A stretch of 64,000 bases of DNA from Atractiella rhizophila (lineage: Eukaryota). The DNA is taken from the NCBI GenBank assembly GCA_021432655.1, contig MU271182.1, positions 124,001 through 188,000 of the forward strand, in the 5' to 3' direction. Position numbers and translations under genes: made by a program. The notes below the pieces were generated by a model that ran no database searches, was not told the DNA's origin, and worked only from the letters and a program-made list of their open reading frames with translations. Below are positions 51,200 to 64,000 of this stretch, in pieces; the stretch's first letter is position 1, and every line of letters begins with the position of its first letter.

Positions 51200-54100
51200 G
51201 AAGTGTGGCCGTGAATGAACTGCCAATGTGAGTCTTGCCAGGTCGGGATATAGCTTTTCCGTTGCCTTTTGCTGCCACCAGCCAATTAAGTCGAAAACCT
51301 GCCGTTCTATCTCATCTTCCAGCCCTTCATCCGAGGTACTTCTTCCTGTACGCGAACGCCTATGCCCGGACACAGCAAATATTGTCAGTAACTGGTGAGA
51401 GATCAACAAAACTGTGAATGCTAACCTCATCATCCGAACTATCATTGTAAGGGTTAGCTGGAGTGATGGTGGGTCTTGCAGTCACAGTGGGCGTAGGAGC
51501 AAACCCTGCAAGATACTCATCCTTGAGGTTTGCTTCCACATCTTTAACCCAAACAACTAGCCATTCTTGCTGGCGAAAGTACTCAAGCTTGTGAAATGGA
51601 TGTAAGACTGCTCAGTTCGTCAGTTGGAGCCACTGTCTGGAAACCTCGCACCCATCGCAACTTTGTGTCGAGAATCACGGCATACCTTCCCATAATACCG
51701 ATTTAACACCTCCAGACCTTTCCAAGCTCCAAATCGCAAAACGGGAGCCAAAGTCCGGTCAATCTTCGTTTTTCGAAGCTTGAAATCGAGCTTATCAAGT
51801 TCGGGAATGTAGTCTACAAGGAGAGCGGTGGATCCTTTGGCAGAGAACTTTAAAGTCGCCTTCTTTATTGGCTATTGAATAAATCACGTAAGATTGCGGC
51901 TGACATGCAGAATATCGTACCTTAAGTACTTATTTGAGTGTATCTAGCATTGCCCACTCACTTTCAGTCAGTGCATACTTCTGAAATCCATATGATGACA
52001 TTTCGGTAATGCTCTTGAATGCAGCTTTGAGGAGAAGTGCTCGTTCGATACAATCATAAAGACTGTTCCAACGAGTGACAATATCCTTGATGGGAACGGT
52101 TGCTGTTGTCAGCTCTTGACAAAGCTCTTCTGCCAACCGCTGGAATAGAATTCGGATTGAATCCTGATCGACAAGCTTTGTTGACAAGTCGCGTATCTGC
52201 GGCTCATAATCAGTAAGAACTCAATGCAACTCAATATAATTGTACCTTTGGTACGATATAATGTGCCAAGTCAACATCGTCTTGTCGGAACTTTATCCCC
52301 AGCCTTAAATCGTCAAGGGAAAGGTTATGCTTGTATTCTAATTCTTGCAATAATGTGTCTGTAATCTCTTCTAGAGCAGCATCATCCTCCGCCTCCGTGG
52401 GTGGATCAGAGTCCGTAATCTTTCTAACAAAGCTAGTTCTGCCGCGGTAACGTTGACTCTTCCATCGTCACCCATTTCAACATCATTGTCATCGGGTGAC
52501 CATCAGTTTTGTCTTCACCTTCATGAAGGGGAAATGATTGCCTGCAACATATTGATTAAGTATCTAAGAGCATGCGGAAAGACAAACCTTTACAACTAAA
52601 TTGAGGATGTGGTTCAAGCAGCGGACTTGATATTCGGTGCCTTTGAAATTGGGTAAGAGTTGGTTTAATTCTGTGATCATGGTGTCATTGTTGCTCGCAC
52701 TATCTCCAACCATCCCAAGCACCTTCCATTCATTCAGATCATGAATTTCAAACAAGAAAAGCAAGGAAGGTGACCTTGCCATCAATTCCAAACCTCTTCA
52801 AGGTGCCTGCAATTCTTTCGGCAAGGTACTTGCCGGTATGAGAAGCAGTCAATCTGCCGCACCTCCAGGCTGAGAAATGCTGACTGAAAAGTCGGAAGAC
52901 ATACTGAATAAACTCGAGAATGATTTCCCTCAACTCACTCCCATTCCAGAAATGAACAAGAACCGATAGCCATGACAGGTGATTGTGGTTAGACCATCCG
53001 TCCGTTGATGCATTGACGCGATCGACTTTCTGCATCCACGTATGATACCCTGGTCACCATGCACATGAAAGAGGAGAACCATGGAAACAGACCTTCAGCT
53101 CCTGCTTAACAATGTTCGAGACAGCTTCATACACCATCCAAACGTCGTCAGAGACCGTCTTCGCACTTGGTATCTTGACATCCGGTTTCAACATCTTAAA
53201 GATGACCTTCATCTCATAGTCCTCCACAATTGAGAATGGCCGCTTTCTTCGCGCACAAAGCAGTGCGATCCAAAAGCGGAAGCGTTCCGGGCAATAAGGG
53301 AAGACGGGAATGCCATCTTTTGGCATTTCTCCCACCATTCCATCCAACTTTCCATACCCGAACCCAAACTCATCCAGTGGGGCTCGCTCCGTGTTCCCAT
53401 GTCGCTCCTCACAAGCTTTGACGGCCGCTATTACTGTGTTTGTTGGAATTCCAGTTTTGTTGCAGGGGCGATCAATGTAATGATCGGCGTATTGAGCGCA
53501 GACATGGTGATAAAAAGCAACCATGTCACTGTCCACTTCTTCATAAACAATGGTAGGATGGGAAAAGTGCTTCCATACATCCGATCGTAAGCTCTTCAAG
53601 TAGGCTTTGCTAGAATGGTAATATAGAGTGAGATTTTGAAGAAAATTTGAAAGGAAATGCATGTAGCACGCACACTTTCTGCTCCTCGCTCAATCCCTCT
53701 GTTGGAGATATGTAAAATGTTAGTAATACTTTCTTCATGAACATTCTGGAAATTTCTATTTGCCACAAGCTCTCATGTATATAAACACTTGTTCTTGTAT
53801 TTCCGCTGCTCATGCATTTGCAAGAGCTCAGCCAAACGTAATACATTTGTTTGAGGTTAACAAAGCAGCAGAGAAAAACAACACCCTCAATCTTCTGTGC
53901 AGCGGTCTTTCTCTTTTTCCGAGCTTTTCGAGTGACTGGGGCTAGTGAGTCCAAATCATCTGCTTTTGCATGTTCAGTTGGACAAAACTCGACTGATTCA
54001 CAATCAATCTGTACACACCTTGAGAATGACGCCGTTTGGCTCTCACAGCCTAGGACTCAAACTCTTCCTCAAGTATAGCATCTCTACGAGGGTTATTGTT

Positions 54101-54642
54101 GAAGTCCTTGTTTTCGTTCTGGCTGTCTTCCACATTCTGCATCTTTGTTCTGCCCGCTACCGTAGTTTAGTTTCGTTCTCACCGATCTGAGGTTACATCT
54201 TTTCTTCGTTCTGTACTTCTGATGAACCTCAGGTTCAACAGTTATTACATAATGTGGAGACAACTTCACTCGTCATCTAATTGAAGAAATGAACAATAAA
54301 GTGGAAAGAAACAGAAGAAAATAAAAAGCCACTCTGCGGGGCTGCATCACTTGAGCGCTGAACGTAGAATACGACTGAACCTGGCAGTACTTTCAGCCAT
54401 TGTACACCGGCACCCAACGGATCTATCATGATTGTCATGACTGATTCACGAGTTGGTGGGACCACAAAAACTCACGATAATATCATGATATCAATGAGTT
54501 TCCGACTCCCTGTTCTGGAGACTTCATGTTCATTTCATGTTCACTTCGTGCAAAAGGTTAACTCATGACAACACAATCAATGTAGTTTGCGTGAATGAAG
54601 GCGTGAAAATCATGATTATAATCACAATCATACCAGTCCCTA
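51200..54642 (-). mobile_element. Second-family hAT element, 3'-truncated and degenerate
   Basis: RSDVWKHF, RKRPFSIVED, STDGWS, GDSASNNDTM, RCLNHILNLVVK, TRWNSLY, LIGWWQ...YPDLARL. Right end TACCAGTCCCTA (TAGGGACTGGTA on the minus strand) with CATGA subterminal repeats; matching left TIR not found. Confidence 0.85.
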
Positions 54643-54888
54643 GTGCTCTGACCATCGACCGGTATATGCAATACATGAAGATGGACACATGTCGTACGCT
54701 CGTGCGATCATACGACTTCTTTGTTTGATCAGCAATTTGACACGGTAAAGTGAGAGTATTTCTTTTCCGGTGCTCATTGAGATAATAATATGCTAATCTT
54801 TGTAAAGCTCATCTGAGGCACATCCATTACAGGCCATAAAAATTTCAATTGAGAAAAGTTCATCTGCAGTTAATGGTTCATAACAGTA

Positions 54889-54955
54889 CAAGTGTGTCAA
54901 TGGCCTTCGTCCCACAGGCCCTCCAAGCCACTTGCACGGGGCATGGCCCCTTGAA
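54889..54955 (-). mobile_element. Additional Helitron-type 3' terminus
   Basis: Minus strand: GGCCT-GTGGGACGA-AGGCC hairpin, then ATTGACACACTTG|T. Confidence 0.7.
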
Positions 54956-55160
54956 CCCTACTGTGAGTTCGAGTCCAGGATGAAACATATTTTTTTAGCC
55001 CTTCAGAATAAAATTTCCTCAAAGCTTCAGAAAGGCGCAGGCATATGCAGTAAGATGGTGTAACTCATTTCGTTTCAATGTGCCTGGTGAGGGAGGTATA
55101 AAGGCTCAAAAGTGCGTTTTATGACTCATGCCAAGAACGGATGGCTTTTAGAGGTAAGGA

Positions 55161-57320
55161 TAAGTGTGTCAGTGCCCTCGTCCCTCGGGCATCCCCCGCC
55201 TGGGGCTTCGCCCCTTGGACCCCAGCCTCGCCTTGGCGAGCACTGACTCACCATATGTACATGGGTTTTGGTATGATTCTATATGATTTCATTATAGGTC
55301 TGCATGCATCTGATTGTGAAAATGCAAAACTTCTCTGTACACTATATTTTCCGTCTTATTCTCTATCCCTTGCTCTTGGTGTAAATAAACTCGAAGATTC
55401 TTAGTGTTCGAAACTCTAGAAAGTCCTATATAAAGTTGTCCATGCGCAAAAACTGGTGTGTCCAAATACAATCCAACAGTCTCCACTGACTGGCCTTGTG
55501 ACTTGTTGATGGTGAGACAGAAAGCCAATTTGACAGGGAATTGAAACTGGCGTAAGGTAAACGGGAATGAATTGCAGACTTGCTATCCAATGCAATGCGT
55601 GGGATGAGGACTGAGGTGCCTGTGAATCCGCCTGTAATGATTGTAGCCTCAATGACACCGGCTGGGTGATGACCAACCGTGTACTGTTACAGAGCCCAGC
55701 TGAAGGATTGAGGTTTCGTATTGGAATGATAGGGGCTCCAACTTTGAGATGAAGACGATGAAGAGGGAGACCCATCATATTGAGAGTATTGAGGTATTCA
55801 ACTGTGAAGCCTTGTGAATGTTCTCACCCATCAATCGGTCAGCACTAAGGTAGATACGTTCCTGTCGGGAGACAAATTGTCGAGTAAGCTGATCATTTAT
55901 CATGTCAACATCAACATTCCGGGCTGTAAGGACCATGCGCTCTTGAAAGTATTGCCTCAACTCGACTGGGCTGACATCTTGCATTATGGTGCTCAGTCCA
56001 GGGTATATGGCAGTCAGGAGGCCGTCCAGACAACGGGGTCGCCGGACTATTGTTTGGTCCTTCATAGTCAATGGACCTGGACCACGACCACAGTCGTCTG
56101 GTTATCTGTTGCGCCATTACCAACTAACAACAACCATTCAGCAAAACCAGAGACAATAGCATCGGCTGCTCATTTCGGCCCGGCGATGGAGCGGGTGCAT
56201 ATTTACTGTGAGAGGGAGGACTTGAACCGCTGGCCAAAAGGAGACACATGCATCAATGATCTGCGCACGTGAAGCTTTGGGGATAACTGAGAGGCATTGT
56301 CGTATGTTGCCTAATTATTTATCAGGCATGAACTCTTTGACTTGATACACTTACCACCAAGAACCAAAATAACTCAACCGAAAGGCACATCCACCTTACG
56401 TATATCTCTCAGCATCCGGTCAACTGCTTCAAAGCACCATCGATGACTCATTCCCACTTCGTCCCAAATTATCAATTCTGCCTCTTAACAAAGTCGACCG
56501 TGATCACTTTGAGCTGTAACACCGCAGACGGAATCAGCTTCAATGTCCAATGGGATCCAGAAGCGAGTATGGGCCATTCGTCCACCTTCCAGCAGAATAG
56601 TGGCAATATCGGAAGAGGCCACTGCCAGCGCAATTTTCACCGCTGAACGCACCGTGGCGAGTAATAGGTTTTCAACAAAAGTCTTTCCAGTCCCTTCTTG
56701 GCCATCGATAAAAAACAATCCGCCATTTCCACTTTGCCATGCTTCTACAACCGTGTCATAAGCATGACGTTGGTCCAGATTTAATAACGGTAACTCTGTC
56801 TGAATACGTGCGTGTAGTGGTCGATCATATGCAAGTTCTTCCCCAATAATCCTTGTCTCGCCTCCCCATCTTTGTGGTCGCTCTGCAGATTGTGGTAGTC
56901 CAAAGTCACTTAGGGATTTACCATGAGCCTGGAGGAGGTCTTCAATCTCAAGGAGACAGAGGCTGATAGTTTGCTCGTTCGTTGGATCGTGTACACCATA
57001 TTTTGTCCGTAGAAGGTGTTTACAATCATCACTGAGTTGTTCATGATGGCTGTCCCATAATCTTCTGGGTTCGCTGGCGACTCCAAATAGCAGGTTGTAG
57101 ACAAACAGAGATCACATCGCAAAGCCATTCTTGACGGTGCTGGCTTTAATGAGACAATAATCACATTCTTCGTCACTTTCTAAGAGCCCAAGAGCCACAC
57201 ATGTAGCTTCGAAAGTCTCATAGACAGTTCCCTCGACTGTTTGGATATCCTCAAAAGATTTTGCACTGGTGACCTGATGCAGAAGCATTCGGATAGAATA
57301 ACTCCCCTTGTGATGGCACA
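55161..57320 (-). mobile_element. Helitron remnant: degenerate Pif1-like helicase half of RepHel with 3' terminus; Rep domain missing
   Basis: RMLLHQV...SFEDIQTVEG...CVALGLLESD; FFIDGQEGTGKT; AVASSDIA; LPLHRLHLKVGAPI; TINKSQGQS...VFAHGQLYIGLSR. Hairpins then CTTA|T. Confidence 0.93.
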
Positions 57321-58093
57321 ACATAGTAGATACAGCCGATGGGGTGTCCATGATTTTGTGCACGGTAGGGAGGCCTTCCGGAGACCAGACTGAGGTAGCA
57401 CCTGTGGGGGACAGAGTACATGAGCAACTCAACGATATGCGGGGGTATATGAGATGCGCAACCACAACTAGACCAGATGTCGCCGATCATCTAGGAACAC
57501 CCTGCGACGAGATTATAAGAAGATGAACTTGGGCATGCTGAGGCAGATCTTTGAAGCTGCCGTAAAATCTGGAAGATGAATCAAGAGCGCCGTTACATGG
57601 AAGGAACCTTTCGTTTCGGATTACTAAAACTTACAAGTACGTTGTAGTTTCCTCTTTCTGCTCTGTTTGTGAATGAAGATGAGTAGTCTATATGTCCTTG
57701 CGATATCGGCAAGCTGCCTCTCAATGTCATCGTCTCAAGAAGCGTGTGATGGGATTACTGTCTCCCGTTATAGTGAGAAGGAAAAGGCAGGTATTTCTCT
57801 GCTACCAGGATCCACTGTTTGTGTGCTCAGTATTCGTTCGGTGGTAGGATGGCCTCACTCGGCACTTGCAATTCATTGAGGCTTCAAAGTGGTCAAGCTA
57901 TCGCAGTGATGACCACCTCTTCATTCCCTATGACTGGGACATAGATCCTGACGTACTTGAGCATCTCTTCGGAACTGATGGAGTCCTTGACATGGATCGG
58001 CTTCCTGCCGCAGTGTCCTTTATATTAACTTGCACAAATGTGGTCAACAGCTTGGGAAACTTGTCTATTGTCGTAAGTAGTTCCTCCCTATGT

Positions 58094-59129
58094 GCAGTTT
58101 ATATGCCCATCCCCCCTGCCATATCGGGCCATCGCTTATGCAGCTTAGGAGAAGCTCCCCACAACCATTCAGGCTGAGTTTTCGGCCATAAATCAATGCA
58201 GTGGAGCAGTGTGGACGCCCCACAAAGCAGGAGCACCACCAGTTAGCCTAACAATCAATTAAAATCATCACATCATCCACTTAAAGACCAGGACAGCCGC
58301 TGATGAAATGATGCAAAAATAGTGACCCCACAGCACTGTACCATGGAAAATGGGTGGAATAGACAGCCTCAGGACTCTCCATGACGCTTACAAATGCAGG
58401 AGCCCCATCCACTCAAAGACCAGGACAGCCGCTGATGAAATGATATAAAAAATAGTGATCCCACAGCATTTTTGCCATCGAAGAGGAACGGAATAAAGCC
58501 CTCAGGACTCTCCATGACTGCCCTGATTCATCCAGAGCATCCCCATTTAGCACAAAGAGCATATGATGCGTTGCCGCCTCATCTTGAGGAACAGGGAAAC
58601 ACAGGAGAGACAGCCCATAGAGGGGGTGTCAGGATCTTTGAGCGACCAAAAAGGTGCCACAAAGACCACATTCCACCCTATTTCCTTCCACATAAGGACT
58701 CAACATTGCAATGAATAAGGAAAACACAAGAAAGAACCTCAGCCTATGCTGAAGCACAGATAACAACTCTGCATGATACGATGGGCAATCCCCACCAATT
58801 CCTTCACTTATAAACCACCCAGAGCACCTCCCAAAGAGCCCTCACCATCACCAGAACTGAAGAAGCCTTAGCGAAACAGGATCTAGCCAGTCTTGTCTTC
58901 TGGTGGAACCCCTCATCTCACACCCCACTATCGCTCCTCCCCCTCCTGCTCCCAGTTATTTACTGTTGGAAGTGTCTGAGAGGAACATATCAAGAAGGGA
59001 GAAGCTACACTGTGAGTGTTTCGTCTTTGGTTCGCTTTGGAGTCCCACTTTATTGGACTCTGATGGTTCTGTCCTCTCCTGTTGATGTTGGTCCCACCTC
59101 CATCCATAACCCTAAACCCTAACCCTAAC
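58094..59129 (+). repeat. Full-length copy B of the TAACCC-terminated ~1.05-kb repeat
   Basis: Collinear with 26683-27747; ends TAACCCTAAACCCTAACCCTAAC, followed directly by ATG at 59130. Confidence 0.95.
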
Positions 59130-59862
59130 ATGTCAGATATCGATATGATAGATCCCAGCAACGACTCTGCGGGCGATGCCTTGCTGGAGATGATGACGAA
59201 TCCACCAATCACGAATGGGTCAGCCATATCGGACCACGCTGCTGCCCTGATCAGAGCTGCAATTACAAAGCTTCAGTGAGTTCTACTCTCAGAGGCAAAC
59301 CACAGACTAAAAATCATCACCGCTCAATAAAAAGGCTTCAAGCTGAGAGGGGTCACGCTGCTCACAGGACGTCACAGCAGCTGATCAAGGATTTGAATGG
59401 TGAAAAGACACCCAAAGTGAGTTCATAGCATCCTCATTACGCCCCTCACAACCCCATAGACCTTTAAACCATGGATCGATGCCTGGCCTACGATAGTCGA
59501 TGGGGATGGAGATCTGGAATAAACAGCTAGAAGACATGAAGAAAGTCACGGTCACAAAGCCTGTACAGACCATTGCACAATGGAAGGACCTCCAAGCAAA
59601 ACGCTGCTTTGGTTACTGTGCTGCAAAGGGAAGCATAGCGATCGAGTTGGCGACAAAGCTCAACAAGTTTTACACCTCCCTCGCCGAAGCCCACCCCGAG
59701 CAGAAGGATACAATTGATAGAGAACGAAAGCTGGCCTCCGAATCATGGGAGGCACTCAGAAAGGACGCCATCATCCCGGGAAAAGCTGCAGCAGATGAAT
59801 TTGAGCAGCAAAAATGCCTCGGACATGAAAGCAGAAAGCTCGACACTTTGAATTGCCCGTAA
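59130..59862 (+). CDS. Hypothetical protein (fragmentary; possible intron after ~59275)
   Basis: ATG directly after the telomeric tract; ORF pieces 59130-59279 and 59500-59862; no motif recognised. Confidence 0.35.
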
Positions 59863-60628
59863 CACAATCTTCGCCTCCTCTTCATTCCAAGATGCATCCA
59901 TCGCCACCTCCTTCAAGTTAACATTTGGTGCGCCGGCGATGACGTCTTTCGCCATCTCAACGCTGATGTCATCGTCGGGTTCCGTCTCAAATACGAGGGA
60001 CGTCCACAACCGTCCCCCATTAGGATACTGCTTCAAACGAGCATGTCTCTCCTTCATAGACATATAACCACGCAAACATGGTCCTGAGACAGTCTTCCAG
60101 AACTGGCAGACCTCAGAAACCTGGCTGAAGGAAACGCGATATCCATGATTGAGACCTTCGATAGAGCCGTTTATTTTCATCGAATAAAAGGAAGTCGAAA
60201 ACGAGAGAGAGGATCTCGGTAGGAAGGTGTGTGAAAGTGCATAGACTTATCGCTGGAGGTCGAGTTGGAGAACATGAGAATTGGATCGTTGTCCCCAGAC
60301 CACTGGATGGGATGGTTGATTCCTCCCATTGACAGCGAGGAACGAAACACCGTTCCGTCTGCGAGTATAGGCCAACGGCTTCGAAGAGGGCTTCAGAGCG
60401 ATTATCTGGAAGGTGAAACGTGCATGCGAAGGGCTTCAGGTCCGGGTCGTCCACGGATGCATGATGTTTGGAATCCCCAAAAGTTACCGTAATGCCTTTC
60501 TCCTCCAAAGTGATGCAGGGATTCAGTGTGCCGTCAGATTCAACTATCATTTTCGACAACTTCCAGAGAGAAGTAGGACGATTTCGACGGCCCATACCTG
60601 AACTTCCAGAATCGAACGGGTAAGACAA
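59743..60628 (-). pseudogene. F-box-like protein, frameshifted and truncated
   Basis: FTHLPTEILSLVFDFL ... VSEVCQFWK split across two frames. Confidence 0.55.
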
Positions 60629-60831
60629 ACGTGATCCAGCGTGTGAATTGATGGAAGTAGGCGAGGAAGGAAAGAGGGGAGAATGGAGAAGTGGATCGGA
60701 GTGCCATGTTCTAACGTTACTGGGGTAATGAGATGGACCAGTCCGATTGACTCCGTCCCCTGATCATTTTCCTTTTTCATTCTGGGAGATAACACGCTGG
60801 ACTTGAGCCCACGAACGCACATTAAACGATC

Positions 60832-61310
60832 CAATATAAGGATATTTACTATTATTACTTTAATTATTATATAAGATATGATAGATATTTAATGAGGAGA
60901 TAAAGAATATATATAGAATAAGGAGAAATTTATATAAAATAAAAAAGAATATAAAATGAAAGGTATTATATATTATAATAATAAAAATATAATAAATGTA
61001 AATAATGGGATATTATATAATAAATCTAAATAGATTTATTAAGTGATATAGATTATTTAAAAATAATCTTAATAATCTCAAATACAGGTTATAATAAACC
61101 AATAAAACCAACAATATTAAGATCACTACCTCATCTATAATTAATTAATTACCTTCCTATCATTAATATTAATATTAAATATATAATTAAAAAAAAATAT
61201 AAATATTATAAATTTTAAAAATAATATATTAATAAATTTATAAGATCTTTACATTATAATTTATTAACTATAATAAATAGTATTATAATAACAGTTTTAA
61301 TTGAAAAAGC
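60832..61310. other. Extremely AT-rich island
   Basis: Roughly 85% A+T by eye, no CpG seen, within flanks of much higher GC. Confidence 0.9.
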
Positions 61311-62487
61311 AATTCATATAAAAATCTTCAAAATATTTGGGGACAACGGGGGGAAAGATCAGATCATGCCTGCAGCCATTGCCCAACTTGAACCAACTCG
61401 ACGTTCTCTGCGCGATGATCAGGCTGATCAGACACTCGATCGTGAAGACGGAGATCGCAAAACCTTTCGTGGGAGTCGGTGGAGTAGCTGACCGTTGCAA
61501 TCAGGACAGATTAGGATGGTGTCAGGTGGAAGTGGGTGTCCGGACGTTCAGGGCTCTGGTTCAATTCCAGCGCTTCTGGGTAGTGCTACAGGTCGTGCCA
61601 AAATATGTTAATGAAATCCTTTGCAATACTAAATCACACTATGATTCAAACAAAAGCTGGAGCAGAACGCTCTGACATTGATCCTTCGTCCCGCAATGAT
61701 CTGATTGTTGAGAGGGAAGGCATAAGCCTGGAGAACTAGGTAGTCAGCAATCAGGATGTCGAGAGGAGGCAGAGGAGCTCGCTTGCGTCTCAACGAGAAC
61801 TTCGCGACGTTAGAATCCGGAGGGAGGGCAGAGGCTTAGGGGCACGAGAGATGGGACGGCCCAGACTGCTTCTTGTGGTCGTTGAACCAACAGTCCCCAT
61901 TGCGCTCCTCTTTCTCCATGAGTCATTTCAGATGTCACAAAGCAAGCGTCGGTCAAAGTGATCCAGGGAGTGCGAGACGGAGTGGAACAGGATGAGGTCG
62001 AGGAGAGAATAGGACGGCGTCATGGAACACGGGACAAGGATAGGATGGTGAGAAATGGCGAGGGCGTCCGAACAGAGGTGCCAAGAAAGCGCGACGCGTC
62101 CCTCCGACATCCCCATCTACCTCCCTGCTATCCGACGTCCATGTTCGACTTCTATGCTCACGGACTTGGTGCAGGTGGAGTGCGAGAGGAGGTGGAGTGA
62201 AACTAGCAGAAAACGGAGCAACGGACCTAGCGCAAATTCCAGTTAGGAGGCTTGCGGAAAGGAAAGAGAGGGAGAAAGGAATACATTGCCAGCAAAAAGG
62301 AAAGTCCCGACGAGGCTAGTGTGCGAAAAAGGCGGAGGGGTTGGCGGAATGCGAAATGAAGGGCGAACTTTGCCGCACAGGGTAAGTGCAGCAGAAAGAG
62401 GAGGCAGAGGTCGAAAAGGAGTAGAAGAGACGTCGGGACGGTCTTTCTCACCGCTCTGTCCACCATTTCCACCATATGAAGTGACTC

Positions 62488-64000
62488 TCATGATAATGAC
62501 ATTGACCCAGCAGATCGCGGTACATTCTTCTGAAACACATCCTGTATCTCCTTAACTCCAAAATCAAATGATAACTTATCGTCATCAGGGAAGCATCTGC
62601 AGATTAAGGTGGTCCACTCCTTGATCAGCTTCGTCATTTCCTCCTCGCACACTTTCCAAACCGCCTGAGCAGCTCTCGAACTTTCAGCAGAAGGATTGCT
62701 AATATCTCCAAAATGTTTATCGATCTGCTTCGAGAGCACTTCAGTCCCTTTCTTTAAGTCTTTGCGGTCGAAGGACGAGATAGTCTCCTTGAGCGATAAT
62801 TTGGTATATCCATGAAGCGAGACTTCATTTGTTGGCGTGGTTCGAAGCAGTTGCTCCATCTCAGAGAAGAATTTGAGAAGGCGAGAGAGGAGATGACGAA
62901 GGGCAACCTGGCTGTATTGATTTAAATGCTTGTCATACAGAGCTTGCCCGCGATCGAGCGATGGTTTGAGAGGAGCAATCTTCTTCGGACGGATCGTCGT
63001 GAGAAAGTGATGCATATTTTCTGATGTGGGTTAAGCAGTGATAAACTAGATGTGGGCAAAGCTCACCGATGAAGATGACATGGTAGTTCAGCTTATCTTT
63101 ACTATCCTCCGCAGCTGCAGCGTCTCCTTCCATTTCGGCCATTTGCTCCAAACTTTCCAACATGGACGAGAAAACTCCGTTGTATACAGCATTCACAAGT
63201 TTGCGCGCCGGAAGCCTATCATCTGATGGGACGATTTGAGATTCTATCCGGTCCACGAAGCGCTACCATCAAGCATTCTAAGGTCCTGGACGCGACCGAC
63301 CTTCAGCATGAAAGACGCACCGGGAACACACGAATAAAGGGAACAACTCCTTTCCGCTTCTCAAGAGTAAGCTTTGTCTGCTCGATAGCTTTAGTCTGCT
63401 CTTTGAAGATTTTTTGCAAGAATACGCTGGCTTTCTGATAATTTTCTTGCATCATTCGAGCAATAAAGTCGTTCCTCTGTGTTGCTGCACGCGTGGCTTC
63501 TCGATCCAAGACGGCGAGAATACCGACAATTTGACTGCCCCCACGAAGTCAACCACCGACACGATAAAATTAGAAGATCGTTACAATCCGTCTTGAGCGG
63601 TTTGGGAGTCGATCCAAGCACTTAATTCGGTGGCCATGAACCCAAATATCTTGCCAAGAGAATGCCGCATATCCATATCCGTAAAGCGAGTCTGTTGTCC
63701 TGCCATCGCAGCGGCTCCCTGCTTAAAGCTAGGTTCGAGGTCCATGTAGTCGGCAAAGGTCGAGGGGTTCACAGAGGAGGAAAAGGTGTGCAAGAACTCA
63801 GCTATGAAGGCTTGCTCTCTCTCTATTTGGCTCACAATACGGTCGACCAGCTGTTTGAAGGTCTGGAGACCAGAACCGTGAGCAACACTTAACGGGGCAA
63901 TGGTGCACTCTGACCTGATGAGGTGGCCTTCCGAGTTTGTTAAAAAAATCGCCTGTCTTCAACTTCTTTCTGGCTGCGGATTTGTTAAGCGCGACTGCAG
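62488..64000 (-). CDS. SEC3: Exocyst subunit Sec3 (EXOC1), 3' exons; gene continues beyond the window
   Basis: REQAFIAEFLH, QTKAIEQTKLTLEKRKGVVPFIRVFP, KDKLNYHVIFI-ENMHHF, KQIDKHF. Exons join in frame through canonical introns. Confidence 0.85.

Overview
Eukaryotic, intron-containing DNA that looks fungal, probably a basidiomycete (short GT-AG introns with CTAAC/CTGAC branch points, a fungal-type TGGTAGCG primer-binding site, fungal-type Sec3). The organism is inferred, not established. The window is a transposon-dense accessory region. Mobile elements: a rearranged RNase H-bearing LINE, a full-length but degenerate Ty1/copia element, one complete hAT element plus two to three hAT remnants, a Helitron helicase remnant with several Helitron 3' ends, and an unclassified DDE-like gene. 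Embedded among them is a cluster of fungal NLR-like genes (patatin + NB-ARC/STAND + 40-aa TPR array): two near-complete copies, one TPR fragment split by a hAT insertion, and one patatin fragment inside a TIR-like unit. Most notable observations: (i) the patatin domains share loss of the catalytic DGG Asp motif; (ii) the TPR frame of the second NLR runs without a stop into a poly(A) polymerase copy whose catalytic domain has been removed by an in-frame deletion, a possible integrated decoy; (iii) a ~1.05-kb dispersed repeat ends in telomeric TAACCC units in all four copies, and two copies bracket an intronless DnaQ-like exonuclease and orphan genes. An apparently intact exocyst Sec3 gene marks the right edge. 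All identities come from motif recognition by eye; no database searches were run.
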